DNA from: Mobula hypostoma | Taxonomy: Eukaryota | Direction of reading: 5' to 3' | DNA: 64,000 bases | Assembly (NCBI RefSeq): GCF_963921235.1 | Contig: NC_086097.1 | Span: 250,234,001 to 250,298,000, forward strand | Shown: positions 1 through 13,700 of the stretch, piece by piece | How positions within the stretch are numbered: the stretch's first letter is position 1 | Layout: every line of letters begins with the position of its first letter | Notes under the pieces: generated by a model | The model's input: the letters and a program-made list of their open reading frames with translations, nothing else | Database searches by the model: none | What the model was told of the DNA's origin: nothing | Program-made: the position numbers and the translations under genes

Positions 1-500
1 CGTTGATAATTGGCTGGCATTGGATTTGTGCTTCCTGTGAACAGGACACACCTGAACAATTTTTCCACCTGGTTGGGTAGATGCCAGTGTTGTAGCTGTA
101 CTGTAACAACTTGGCGAAGGGCACAACTACTTCTGGATCACAAATCTTCAGTACTATTGTCAGGGTCCCGAGCTGCCTGTCCAGTGACTCTGGGATTTCA
201 TGGTATCACATGGAGTTAATTCAATTGACTCGAAGACTGGCATCAGTCATGCTGAGGACCACGGAGTGAGTGCTGGGAGGAGACAGAGATGAGTAATCTT
301 GGCTAAGCCTTCAGCACTTTTTCCGATATGCTCATCTCTCCCATCGTTGTGAATAGGGACATTTGTGGAGCCCCCTCAGGGGAGGTGTTTCATTGTCATT
401 AACATTCGCTGCTGGATGTGGCAGGGTCTGCAGAGCTCAGATCTGGTCCGTTGTTTCTGGAACCACTTTGCGCTGCCGGGTGCCCGCCGTGCCTCTTAAT
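1..500 (-). mobile_element. Decayed LINE (CR1-group) RT fragment
   Basis: The reverse strand resembles a frameshifted GPDxIP..APELA.PL..LFQ....G..P..WK.A.V.PV.K....ANYRP pre-RT region. Confidence 0.55.
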
Positions 501-1371
501 GCCCAGTTTTGCAATTGGTTTATTGTTGTCACATGTACCATGATTCAGTGAAAAGCTGTCCTGAACACCGTTCGTACAGATCAGATCATCACACAGTGTA
601 TTGAGGTAGAACAAGGTAAAACAATAACAGAATGCGGAATAAAGCTGCAGAGAACGTGCAGTGCAGATAATCGATAAAGTGCCAGATCGTATCGAGGTAG
701 ATTGTGAGGCCAAGAGTCCATCTTGTCATACAGGAGGTCCGTTCAAGAGGACAGTGGGCTGGAAGTTGTCCTTAAGCCTGGTGGTACGTACTTCCTGGGT
801 TTTTGTATCTTCTGTCCGGTGAGCGAAGGGGGAAGAGGGAACGTCCAAGCTGGGTGGGAATCTGAATAAGCTGGATGCTTTCCTGAGGGAGCAGTCTAGT
901 TTATCATCACTCACAGAAGTCATGAAATTTGTTGTATTTTTGTGGCAGCTGTATAGTACAATACATAAAATTACTACAGTCCTGTGCAAAAGTCTTAGGC
1001 ACACTGGCTATATATATGAGTCTCAGGCTTTTGCACAGTACTGTAGGTCAGCACAATATTGAGGGCTGAAGGGCCTGTACTGTGCTGTTCTTTTCGGCTT
1101 CCTTTTTTTCCTCAAACTGTCTCACTGTAAACATTCACAGACGTGGCTTGTTTTACACTGGCTTCAGTAAAACCCTGTAAAAGGAGAGTTTTGTGCTCAA
1201 GCAGATAGTCTCAAGGGACTGGCCATTCAAGACCAGGACGAAGTTTTACAGTGTTTGGCCTCTGAAATTTTCTACCCGAAATATTCATGATTACTGAATA
1301 ATTAGGTTTATTGCATCCTGGTGGTATTGAGAAATCTAAGGGAGGTGGAAGTTACTGGGAATGAGGACTGC

Positions 1372-1670
1372 GTGGTCGGGTGCTGGTTAGCACAACACTT
1401 TACAGGAGCCAACTGTAAGATCAGGGTTCGTTTCCTACTGCTGTCTCTGAGGAGTTTGTACATTTTCCCCGTGACCATGTGGATTTCCGCAACATCCTCC
1501 CGTTTCCTCCCATATTCCAAAGATGTATAGGTTAGAGTTTGTGAGTTGTGGGCACGCTGTGTTGGCCCTAGAAATGTGGTGATACTTGTGGTCTGCCAGG
1601 CACAATGCTGAGTTGATTTTGATGCCAAACGACACACTCTGCTGTGTGCTTCGATGTGCATGTGACAACG
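1372..1670 (+). mobile_element. tRNA-derived V-SINE (HE1-like); further copies ~5147-5390(+), ~5430-5715(-), ~7700-7985(+)
   Basis: tRNA-like head (tggttagc...gggttcg) followed by a V-domain-like core, ggagtttgtac-ttctccccgtg..cgtgggtttcctccgggtgctccggtttcctccc..tccaaaga. Confidence 0.75.
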
Positions 1671-2949
1671 CTCAGCTCTCTTAAAATAAAATTGGCCATG
1701 CTCGTCTTCCATTGAGGTCAGGGGCAGCTAGCTCTGCTGTTATGACCTGTACTTATGTGTCATGCCAATGCAGGTTTTAGTTGGTCAGAGAGTTCAACCA
1801 TTTTCTGTATATAATTGAGCTACATTGCATAAAATTCTCTCTTTCAGCAAAAATTTGCATTGAATTTCATTCATCAAAACAATGTCAAAGTTGTTTAGCT
1901 TTTGAACTTTAACATTCCCTGTGACCCGCAATGCTAAGCTCCTTTCACCATTGCATTCCATAAGATATAGGGGCAGAATTAGGCCATTTGGCCCATCGAG
2001 TCTGCTCCACCATTTCATCATGGTTGGTCCAATTTTCCTCCCAGCTCCAATCTCCTGCCTTCTCCCCGTATCCCTTCATGCCCTGATCAATCAGGAATCT
2101 ATCCACCTCCGCCTTAAGTATACATAAAGACTTGCCCAATGTAGTTACTGTGCTCATGGGTTACTAATCCCTCCCTGCCCATTCTCTGGAACACACACAA
2201 AATGCTGGAGGAACTCAGCATTTTGTGTGTGTGTGTTGCTTGGATTTCCAGCATCTGCAGATTTTCTCCTGCCCATTCCATGGCCTGCTGCTTTCCTGTC
2301 TGCCGTTTTCATGTCCTGGTGTGCGATTGTTGCAGGAGGACGGGATATAGGGTGATGTGCAGAGAAGGGAAGCATTGCAGGGACAAACAGGAAAGTGGTT
2401 GGGGTTAAAACGGAGATGGGAAATGGAACCTTCCTGTCCAGGAGAGTGATCAGGCAATGTCGGTAGAAAATCAGAGCAATTGATACACAAAATATACCTG
2501 CAGTGGAGTTCCTCTCCATTGAGGAAGAGACTAGCACAAACACTGACGGGACATGGGAGCAGGATCAGACCATTCGGCCCCTTTGTGTCTGCTCGGCCGT
2601 TCCAACACGGTTGATTTATTATCCCTGGAAACCCAGAGTAACATGGTGAGGAATAAACAGCCCACGTTCAGAGCCGAGACCCTTCGTCAGTGCTGGCAAG
2701 GATGGGAGAAGAAGCCAGAATAATGGCCAGAAATCAGCCTGCCTCCCACTTGCTTTTCCAGTCACAGGGTCCACAGCCTGAAACGTCGTCTGTTTATTTC
2801 TCTCTATAGATGCTGCCCGACCTGCTGAGGAAAACACTAATTTTATTTTTATGTGAGTGTTGTTACACACTGGTAAATGGGGAGACTGAAATGGGCCTTA
2901 TAGGAAAAGCGTCACAAGAAAAAGTCTTCTGAGGCTGGGTGGGTGCAAT

Positions 2950-3705
2950 GTTGTCGTTGTCGTCGTGGCTATCCCTCGAGGTTGAGGATGGTAGTCTTCG
3001 TTCTGTTGATCTACTTATGGGTTCTCAAGTGGCTTATGAGTCCAATCTTGGCTTTGAAAGTTCTTCCGCATTCAGGACAGGTAGTTCCAGATGGCAGATC
3101 GGGCTTTGGTTGTTGCTGCCTCTCTTTCCATTTTCTTCTCTTTTCTTCTAATTCTGCACATCTGTTGGCTTTGAAAGTTGTTGTTCCTTCTCGGATGATG
3201 GCTTGTCAGAGTTTCCTGTCCTTGGCATTGGTTTCCCAATTGCTGATGTCGATGTTACATTTCTTCATGTTGGCTTTTAAGACGTCTTTGAATCTCTTCT
3301 GTTGTCCGCCTCTTTTACGTTTGCCTTCTTTAAGCTGGGAGTAGAAGATTTGTTTTGGCACACGTTCATCTTTCATCCGAACAACATGACCACTCCATCT
3401 TAGTTGGTTCTTGATGACGTAGGCTTCAATGCTTGTTGTTTTTGCTTCATTGAGCACACTGACGTTGGTGGTTCTATCTTCCCAGCTGATATTTAAGGTG
3501 TTTCGAACACAGCGTAGATAGAACTTTTCAAGTGCCTTCAGATGTCATCGGTATGTTGTCTAGGTTTCTGATGCATACAGGAGCGTTGGGATCACCACTG
3601 CTTTGTACACTAACATTTTGGTGTCTGTTCAGATGTCGCGTTCATGAAAGACTCTTGTTCGGAGACGTCCAAAAGCTGTTCCAGCGCATTTAAGACGATG
3701 TTGTA
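2950..3705 (-). mobile_element. RTE-clade LINE 3' fragment
   Basis: ORF 3206-3457 reads QLRWSGHVVRMKDERVPKQIFYSQLKEGKRKRGGQQKRFKD, the typical RTE C-terminus. A related fragment lies at ~9890-10100(+). Confidence 0.85.
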
Positions 3706-6700
3706 ACACTGAATGGAAAGAAAATGCGAGGGTGGGTGTGAGGACAAGAGGAAAATACTTGGGCATGGAGAAAGGGAACCAAAAGTCAAGAGGAAATCTT
3801 TGTTTCATGTGGAAAGGGAGTAAAGAGAGTTTTGTGCATTTGTGGCAAAATAGGTGCCTAAATGTTTAAAAGGAGGACCGCTGTTGCAGACGACAAGCTC
3901 TACAAAGCAACTTTGTAGTGACATTCATTCCTGAAGTACTGATCTGTTGGATTCAGCAGCGATTAATCTTTTGGGATGCATATGATCTGGTTTTCAAAAT
4001 CAAGTGACAGAGCAGTGAATCAAGCTTGCTTGCATCCATACAACGTCCTCTTTTACATACAGTCTTTCAGGACACGGACAGTGGCATTGAGGATTTAAAA
4101 AAAAAAATTAGTCTTTTGAAGTAATCTCTAAAGATTGCTTTTATTGGGAAAAAAAAATCCATGTCAACAAAATTGTCAGGCCATAGTTCTGATTTTGAAG
4201 TCGAAAGTGGATAAGACTATAAGACATAGGAGCAGAATTAGGCCATTCACCCCATCCACCATGGCTAATTTATTACCCCTCTCTACCCATCCAATTTTCC
4301 TGCCTTCTCCCCACAACGTTTGACACCCTGACTAATCAAAAACCTATATACCTCTGCTCTGAATATACTCAATGATTTGGTCTCCACAGCTGTCTGTGGT
4401 AATGAATTCTCCAGATTTACTATTCGCTGGCTAAAGAAATTCCTCGCCATATAAACTTAATATAATACTAATTTAAAATAATATAATTTAAAAATGTATT
4501 TCCTTTATTTAGTAGAAACTTTTTTTTACATTAGTAGTTGCAGTACAATATGAATAGTATGCCTTTAACTTTCAGTGAAATTTGTTTGCAAATTAGTTTG
4601 AAATTATTAGTAAGGTAATGAGGAATTATTGTTTTTTTTCTCTCTGCACATTGAGTGTTTGATGGTCTTTGGTTTTAATGGGTTCTGTTGAGGTTCTTTG
4701 TGTCATGGCTGCCTGTAAGGAGATGACTCTCAAGGTTGGATAAAGTAGAAATACTTTGATAATAAATGTACTTTGAACTTTGAATTTTAAGCTTATTGGC
4801 AATGTGGAATGTATTGTCACAGAATGTTTGAGGCTGACATCCATTATCATATTCTTTCGGTTTGGGGTTCCCAATCTTTTTTATGCCATGGACCCTTGCA
4901 ATTAACTGAGGGTGAAATACTAGGTAAATATGTGGACATCACTCTAGCCTGATTAGTTTACTCTTGTGCAGAATCATTGGATATTTATTGACTTGCAAAA
5001 TCATATTGGTCCCATTGTTGTACTTTGAGCTTTGCACAGAGAACTTTTGAAGTTTTAATTGTCAGTATTTCTGTTTGTAAAGTGGGAACATTGCTTTCAC
5101 TGTTGGGTTAATGAGCATTATGGACACTCGATGTTGAAGATGATATGGCGTGGTAGAGTAGTGGTTAGTGTAACATTATTACAGCACCGGTGACCCGGGT
5201 ACCATTCCCGCCACTGTCTATAAGGAATTGTGTGTTCTCCCCTTGACTGCATGGGTTTCCTCTGGGTGCTCCAGCGTCTGTCCACCCACATTGCAAAGGT
5301 TAAGGGGTTTATTGGTTGGATGGGTGTAAATGGGCGGTGTCTGCTCGTTGTGCAAGAAGGGCTTGTTACTGTCCTGTATCACCGAATAAATGAGTGTTGG
5401 TCTTGTGGATGCCACAGCCCAAATTACTTATTTATCTGATACAGTGCAGAACAGGCTTTTCCGGCCCTTTGCGCAGTGCTACCCTGCAATCCCCCAATTT
5501 AACTCTCGGCTGACCACGGGACTGTATACAATAGTCAATCAACCTACTAACTGGTACGTCCCTGGACTGTGGGCGGAAACCAGAGCACCCGGAGGAAACA
5601 CACACATTCCACGGGGAGGACGTACGGACTCCTTACCGATGACATTGGAATTGATATCAGACTTATGACGGCCCGAATTGTAATAGTCTCATGCTTACTG
5701 CTCTGCTACGGTGGTGCCCAAGCTATCTGTGACACTGGTCAGATGTGCAATTCCGCACTGCCTAGGTTGCCCGATGTCGCTCCCACAAGGTGCATTATGT
5801 GAGAAAAATGGCCATAGCCCAAAATCAGAATTAGAAATTCAATTGCTGGCACTTGTCATGAAATTTGTCGTTTTGCAGCAGCAGTGCATTGCAATACGTA
5901 GCAATAAAGGCTATAAATTACCATAAAAAAGTATATAAAAAATTAATGAAATAATCGGTGCAAAATGCAGGGGGGAAATACTGAGTGAGTGTTCTTGGGT
6001 AAATTAATAAGTAGTGCAAAAAGAGCAAAATAGTTCACGGATCCATTGTCCGTTCAAAAAACCGAGTGGTAGAGGGGAGGAAGTTATACCTGAAACATTG
6101 AATATGTGTCTCAGGCTCCTGTACCTCCTCCCTGATGATAGCAATGAAAAGAGGGCACGTCCTGGGTGATGAAGTCCTTAATTACAGTGCCAGGTGTAGG
6201 ACTGGCGTTCAGGTCTTGGCACTCTCTGGGCGATGGGGTCCTCAATGATGGATGCTGCCTTTTTGAGGCGGCACCTGTTGAAGGTGTACTGGATGCTGGG
6301 GAGGACAGTGCCCGTGATGGAGCTGGCTGAGCTTACAGCCCTTGGCAGTTTTTTCTGACCCTGTGCAGTGGCCCCTCCACACCAGACTAAAACCAGAGCA
6401 GGTATATTTTATCGTCGTTGTTGTGGCTCTTCCTGGACCCTCACCTACTGCTCCATTCTGTGCTGTCTACCACACCAAAATATAATTTCGGAGTTCACGT
6501 TGAAGTGCGTAGGTGTTTTCTTTATTTGTCATGGGGTGGGCTCTTGTCTTCATTTGAAATGTGATTTCAGATAGCAGAGGACTCCAATGTGTGACTTAAT
6601 TTTAATATTGTTCAAGTGTAATTGATAATAATGCAGTGGGGATCTCTGTAAATATTATTTTATTTAATAGCATCCACTTTTAAAAATGTTTTTATCTAAA

Positions 6701-7324
6701 ATGTATACCCCCATCTGAGAAAATAGATTGTATTATAATGCCTCAAACTTCAAAGTAAATTTACTATTTGTCATGACATTCATCGTCTTGCAGGCATACT
6801 CAATAAATCAAAGACCATCAAACACTCAGTAGAATCAATGAAAGACTGCACCAGCCAGCATGCAAAAAAAAACAAACAGTGCAAATACAAAGGAAAGAAA
6901 TAATAATAAATAAACAATAAATATTGAGAATATGTGATGAAGAGTCTTTGAAAGTGAGACTATAGGGTGTGAGAGCATTTCAATGATGGGGCAAGTGAAG
7001 TTATCCCCTCTGGTTCAAGAGCCTGATGGTTGAGGATAAGTAACTGTTCCTGAACCTGATGGTGTGGGTTCTGGGTTCTGAGGCTCCTGTGCCTTCTTTC
7101 TGAAGCAATGCATGAGCAACACACACAATATGCTGGAGGAACTCAGCAGGTCAGGAAACGATTAAATGGTCGACGTCGGGCTAAGACATCAGGACCGGAA
7201 AGGAAGTGCGAGAGCCTGAATAAGGAGGTGGGGGGAGAGGGGACAGTACAAGCTGGCAGGTGTTAGGTGAGTCCAGGTGATAGGGAAGGTGGGTGGGTGG
7301 GGAAACAGGGAGAGGTGAGAAGCT

Positions 7325-7476
7325 CAAACCAGTGGAATTCTGCAGATGCTGGAAATATCAAGCAACACACATCAAAGTTGCTGGTGAACGCCTCGGCCTG
7401 AAGCGCCGACTGCACCTCTTCCTAGAGATGCTGCCTGGCCTGCTGCGTTCACCGGCAACTTTGATGTGTGTTGCTT
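7325..7476. mobile_element. Foldback PLE-derived mini-element nested in a PLE 3' fragment
   Basis: Internal inverted repeat (aagcaacacacatcaaagttgctggtgaacgc / gcgttcaccggcaactttgatgtgtgttgctt); 13-bp TSD GAGGTGAGAAGCT at 7312-7324 and 7477-7489. Confidence 0.8.
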
Positions 7477-9170
7477 GAGGTGAGAAGCTGGGAGGTTACA
7501 GGTGGAAAAGAGGGCTGGAGAGGAAGGACTCTGATGGGAGAGGAGAGTGGACTTTGGGAGAAAGGAGAGGAAAAGGGCCACCAAGGATTGGTGATGCTAC
7601 TGGGCACTCTGTTCACAATCCATATCAATGTCCTTGATCTTGTCCCAGCATCTAATGCTGGTTTGGTTATGCATGTACACTTCTTCCCATGCCCAGAGAA
7701 TCACAGTAGCTTAACGCTTTACAGCGCTAGCAATCGGTAGATTGGGCTTCATTTACCAATGCTATCTGTAAGGAGTTTGTGCGCTCACCCCGTGTCTGTG
7801 TGGGTTTCCTCCGGGTGCTCTGGTTTCCTCCCGTAATCCAAAGATGTGTGGGTTAGGGTGAGCGAGTTAGTGCCAGAAGCGTGACCATGATGGCAGGCTG
7901 TCTCCAGCACGATTCTCATTCTCAGACTGTGCTGGTCATTGACACAAATACCACGTTTGACATACGTATGCAAATAAAGCTAATTTCCACAGCGGGGTGA
8001 TGAGGGAGACTCCGGACTAGGGCAATCCTTAAGCCAATAAAATAGGTGTTGTCAATGATAGCACTCTCCACGCTGGATAGGGTACTGTCCTGAATCTCAG
8101 CTCTCACACCAGTCCACCCTCTGAATTGTAGAGCCTAGACAGAGAGGATGCTTCCTATTGTTGGGGAGTCCAGGACCGGGGGGGGGGGGGGGTGCAGCCT
8201 CACAATATTAGGATGTCCTTTTAGAACAGAGAGGTGGAGGAATTTCTTTAGAAAGAGGGTGGTGAATCTGTGGAATTCATTGCCGTAGACAGCTGTGGAG
8301 GCCAAGTCAAAGGATATATTTAAAGCAGAGGTTGATAGATACTTAATTAGTCAGGGTGTCAAAGGTTAAAGGGACAAGGCAGGAGATTAGGAATGTTAGA
8401 GTTATTAAGTCAGCCATGGTTACAGGGTGGAGCAGACTCAATGAGCCAAATGGCCTAATTCTGCTTCTGTGTCTTATGGAATCACAGGACGGCCTGTGAG
8501 TGGAGGGCAGGGATCTGGCATCACGGCAGAGTGGACAAGGTCTGACACCAGATTCCCAGCACAGACCTGGAATGCTGGAATATTCCCTCTGAGCTCTGAT
8601 TGCAGTCCTGCTCCCCTTGCCAAGAATGCATCCTGACCACTGAGTGGTTGCCTAGAGTTGTGGCCAATGGTGCAATGAGGATGCACAAGGGATCTCTCAC
8701 TATAATAAAGACGTCCAAACAAAACATTTTGGCTGAGAGAGCACCTGTCCTTCCTGCATTACTCTTCTTTTGCCTATTACACTGCTGTTGTTTACGGCAG
8801 TAACGATGGTCCTCCATCTCTGGCGGCATTCATGGCTTCCTTCATCGTGACAGTCGCTTGCTCTCAGTTTTCACTACTGTCAGTCATGCAAGACCCAGGT
8901 GGAGACTCAGGAATATCGTCACACTCAGGTGTAGAAGGATTCTTCATTGCTGTTTCTGTAACGGTTTTGATTGACCAGTCAGGGTTGTTAGCCTTGAGCT
9001 GAACCCCCGGAACTGGAGGACCAGTGGGCCGCTCTTAGCCTGGGCTCTGTCCTTTAACCTGTTTAGCATGGGTGACCCTACTAAGAGCCAAAGCATGAAG
9101 TCCTGACTCCAGCCAATAAAGCTCTCCGGGTCATTGAGGCACGCAAACCTCCAAATCCTACGACAAGGTT

Positions 9171-9798
9171 AAAAGGCGGGAGGAGAGAGAGCAGCGCATC
9201 GCGCGTGCGCAGCCCTCCGGTGAAAAATAATATCGTATCTGGTAAATAGGAGCCGTGGACAATTCTGATTTGATGGAGACAGATGTGAAAGCACAGAGGA
9301 ACATCTGGAGAAATTTCTGAAATGCTCGTTCGCTGCTGTCGTTACTGCGTGGTCGGGAATCTTCCGGAGGGAAGGCCTCAAAATCCCCGGCTTTGCCTGC
9401 TGTTGGTGACCGAGGTTGAGGTCGAATTGTTTGGACAGAGATGGCGCTCAGTACTCAGTGTCGGAGAGCTGGTTGGAGGCTTGAAGTTTTCGGGTGACTC
9501 TAGAGTCGGACTGTGGTCGGCATGGCAGGGAGAGTTTTCTTCCTTCTCCCGTCTGCGTGAGATGTGGGACATCTGAGAGACTTTGAACTTTTTACTCTGC
9601 CATGGCCTGTTCTTCATCAAGTTATGGTATTGTTGCACTGTTGCAACTATATGTTATAATTATGTGGTTTTGTCAGTTTTTTCAGTCTTGGTCAGTCCTG
9701 TGTTTTGTGATATCACACCGGAGGAAATAATGTATCATTTCTTAATGCATGCATTACTAAATGACAATAACAGAGGACTATGTGTCTTCATAATCTAA
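9171..9798 (+). mobile_element. ~620 bp non-autonomous retroelement (copy 1 of 4)
   Basis: Closely similar copies at 48564-49167(-) and 61407-62030(-), a diverged copy at ~23440-24110(-). 3' end is aatgacaataa...cataatctaa; AAGGTT direct repeat at 9165-9170 and 9797-9802. Confidence 0.85.
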
Positions 9799-10661
9799 GG
9801 TTGTGGTCCTCTAGGAAGTTACTGCTTTACATCTACAGTGGACACCTGGAATAATACCACCAAAGGGTCTCACAAAAGGACCCACGGGAAGGGTGAGTGT
9901 ACTAACACCAGTGTACTGGAGGAGGCCAACATGAACAGCCTCATCTGGATGTGTAACTCGCGCCTTCCCAAACGGATCCTTTACTCCCAGTTGAAGGAAG
10001 GTCAGCGAGCCCCTGGTGGGAAAAGGACGACATCAAAACCAGCTTGAAGAAATTCAACTTAACATCTAAAAACTGGGAGGGCACACGGATCGCTTGCAGA
10101 TAGTGGTGGGCTTTGAACCTTGAGTATTTACCGCTGGCACTGTAATGGTGTTTACCCTGACCGTGCCATGCTGGAAGTTGCTCTCTCTCCCTTGTCTTTG
10201 ATGCCGTACAGCTCTCCTCAGCCCCGATATTCCTCTGTATGATCGAGATATTACAGTTGCTAGTTTCAGGGAAGTATTTTCAGGGTGAGGCTGTTTATAA
10301 TCTGGACATGTGGATTGAACATTATTGACATTGTTTATGGCATGAAGGTACAAAACGGCTTGTATTTTTCTTTTACTGGACCAAAGCCTGTCAAACATAT
10401 TAAAATGATTACAGTTCAAAGAAATCTGTGTGCTTGTGCGCTTTCTTTCTTTGATGTGAGCTACAGATCTAATGAAACACAGGATTGTGGGGGGTGGAGA
10501 GGTGGTGGGATCAATAATTAGTTAATTAAGGTGAATGGAAAACCGTAAGGTCCAACAGGAAACTTTGCATTGAACAGAAACGCTTCCAGTGGAAAGTGGA
10601 ACCAGATTTTCCCAAATCAACAAATAGCCGGACTCAATTTTCACAATTGTCTCGATTGCAG

Positions 10662-10734
10662 GCCCTATGTTTACGCCTTCTATTCGGAGCAGCCAGATGC
10701 TGTCGGACACAAGTACGGACCATTTAGCGCAGAG
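10662..10734 (+). CDS. ENPP2: ENPP2 exon (73 bp): (R)[24 protein letters not shown]
   Basis: ttgcag|G...GAG|gttagt; carries the Zn-ligand D and H of the PDxxGH motif. Confidence 0.95.
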
Positions 10735-13700
10735 GTTAGTAAAGCATGTTCCCATTAATCTGGGGCACGAATGAAGTGTAACCTTTCCATCTGTGAAACA
10801 CCTGTCACTGGTGCTGCTGTTAGAAGTTAAAGGGTAATGTTATCCAGATGTTGCTGCTTTATGTTTTGAGAAAAGGCTTTTTGTTCTCGTCTCTGGTGCA
10901 TTTCCATATGCCCAGACTTGGTGGGGGTGGGGGTGGGGGTGGGGGTGGGGGTGGGGGCGCGCGGTGTATGTGAAATAAATACAGAAAGTTCTGAAATTGG
11001 AGAACCCAGATGAAAATGAGATCATGGTGCTGAGTGGGAGAACCTATCCCTGGCTGTTTTTTAAATAAACTCGATCTCCAACAAATTGCAATGTACGAAA
11101 AGTTTAAATATTGTGTGGCATCTTTACAGTGTATTTCGGGATGTTATTTTACTCATTATTTATATAGGACAGTATAGCACAGTACAGGCCCTTCGCCCCA
11201 CAGTGTTTTGCCACACCTTTAACCTCTAGTTTTTTCTTCCCACATTGTCCTCTATTTTTCTTTCATCCATGTGCCAAAATAGGTAGGTTCACAAGGTTAA
11301 TTCCCGGGATGGCGGGACTGTCATATGTTGAAAGATTGGAGCGACTGGGCTTGTATACTCTGGAATTTAGAAGGCTGAGAGGGGATCTTATTGAAACATA
11401 TAAGATTATTAAGGGATTGGACACGCTGGAGGCAGGAAGCATGTTCCCGCTGATGGGTGAGTCCAGAACCAGAGGCCACAGTTTAAGAATAAGGGATAGG
11501 CCATTTAGAACGGAGTTGAGGAAAAACTTTTTCACCCAGAGAGTGGTGGATATATGGAATGCTCTGCCCCAGAAGGCTGTGGAGGCCAAGTCTCTGGATG
11601 CTTTCAAGAAAGAGATGGATAGAGCTCTTAAAGACAGCGGAATCAAAGGTTATGGGGATAAGGCAGGAACTGGATACTGATTGTGGATGATCAGCCATGA
11701 TCACAGTGAATGGTGGTGCTGGCTCGAAGGGCTGAATGGCCTACTCCTGCACCTATTGTCTATTGTCTAATAATATCCTTCAATATTCCTTTTAACTGGG
11801 TATTTCCAGTTCTTCACCAACATGTGGAGCATTAACAATGAAGACGTAATGTAAGGAAGTTGCCCATCACCAGTGGCCCATAAAATGCATGAGCCACCAG
11901 ACAGAGTGGATGTGGAGAGGATGTTTTTGAAAGTGCACTAGAGGGCACAGCCTCACAATAGAAGGTTGTCCATTAGAACAGAGATGAGGAGGGATTTCTT
12001 CATCCAGAGGGTGGTGAATCTGTGGAATTCATTGCCACGGACGGCTGTGGAGGCAAAGTCATTGGGTATATTTGAAGTGGAAGTTGATGGGTTTTTGATT
12101 AGTCAGAGCATTAATGGTAATGGGGAGAAGGCAGGAGAGGGATAATAAATCAGCCAGAATGGAATGACAGAGCAGACTCAATGGGCCGAGTGGCCTAATT
12201 CTGTTCCTGTGTCTTATGGTCTAACCAGAGGTTTGATGTTCATTGAGAAAGAAAGGCTATTAGAATCATCTGGAGACAAAATGATCTCTGATTAATACAA
12301 GGAGTACTTTCCATCTGTTTCAGAAAGAGACATGACTGTAGGAGTAATGTTTCTGGCACTTTGGCTTTCATAAATCAGAGTATTGAGCACGGGAGTTCAA
12401 AGTACATTTATTATCAAAGTACGTATACCATATACATCCTTGAGATTAATTTTCTTGCAGACAGGCACAGAACAAAGAAACCCAGTAGAATCTACTTAAG
12501 ACATCACACCACAGACAGACACACATCCATTGTGCAAAAAGAACAAATTGTACAACCAATGAAGAAAAGAAATTGAAATGTTATTTTCAATTTGTATCAG
12601 ACGTTGGTGAGGACAAGTTTGCAGTTCTAGTCACCTACCTACGGGAAAGATATCGATAAGATTGAAAGAGTGCAGAGAAAACTTACAAGATTTTTTGCCG
12701 GGACTTGAGGACCTGAGTTATCAGAAAAAGTGGAATAAGTGAGGACTTTATTACCCAGAGAGAGGAGAATGAGGGGAGATTTGATAGAGAGGTATAGATA
12801 GAGTAAACGCAAGCAAGCATTTTCTCTTGAGGTTTGGTGAGACTACAACTAGAGGTGATGGGTTGACGTGGGAGGTGAAATATTCAAGGTGAACATGAGG
12901 CTTTTTCCATTGAGGTTGGGTGAGACTAGGACTAGAGATCATAGATTAAGAGTGAAATATTTCTGGGGAGCCTGAGGTGGAACTACTTCAATCAGAGGGT
13001 GGTGCGAGTGTGGGATGACTTACCAGTGGGAATGGTGGATGTAGGCTCAATTTCAACATTTAGGAGAAGTTTGGATGAGTACATGGACGGTAGGGGTGTG
13101 GAGGGCTATGGTCCAGGATTAGGTCGATGGGAGTAGGCAGAATAACAGTTTGGTGTGTACTAGATGGGCCAAAAGACCATTTTCTGTGCTGTAGTTTTCT
13201 GTGAATGCTGCCCTATCTGAGATGCTCTTTATAATGGATTATTGCAATGGGTACAATGGATGTCATGTACTCTGCAGAAAAAAGGTTCTAATGCGCTCCT
13301 TGACAGCACGTGTTCCTCAACTAGCACTAATAAAACCAATAATCGGTCATTTGTCCTGCTGAGGCTTGCCGGGTCTTGTTCTAACAAAACAGCTTTATTT
13401 CCCAATAGCAGTGACTAATTTATTGGCTGCAAAGTTCTTTGAGACGTCCTGAACCTTGAGAGGAGGTGCTGTGCAGAAACGAGGGGGTGAAGCAGATCTT
13501 TGCCAGAAGTTGTTGAGATCAGTCAGAGGAAATGTAACGGAAAAGAAAATTGGGTGCAGAGTGACGTGCCAGTTCCCTCTGCAGCTGCCATCTGTGACTG
13601 ACAGCAGCCACGTGCATTTCCTGATGCTTTCCTTTGCTTTTCCCAAGGAGAGTTTGTTTATGGAACTTCAGTTGTGTAACCAAAGTTGGAATTCTTTTGT

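Noticed and set aside
9169..9798. Recurrent ORFs (e.g. ...[20 protein letters not shown]...) as a multi-copy gene family
   Set aside because: They recur only because the underlying repeat is multi-copy; starts and frames differ between copies and there is no recognisable domain
1..10661. Preceding ENPP2 exon (..ERRILTILQWL..)
   Set aside because: Not found by eye; probably upstream of the window
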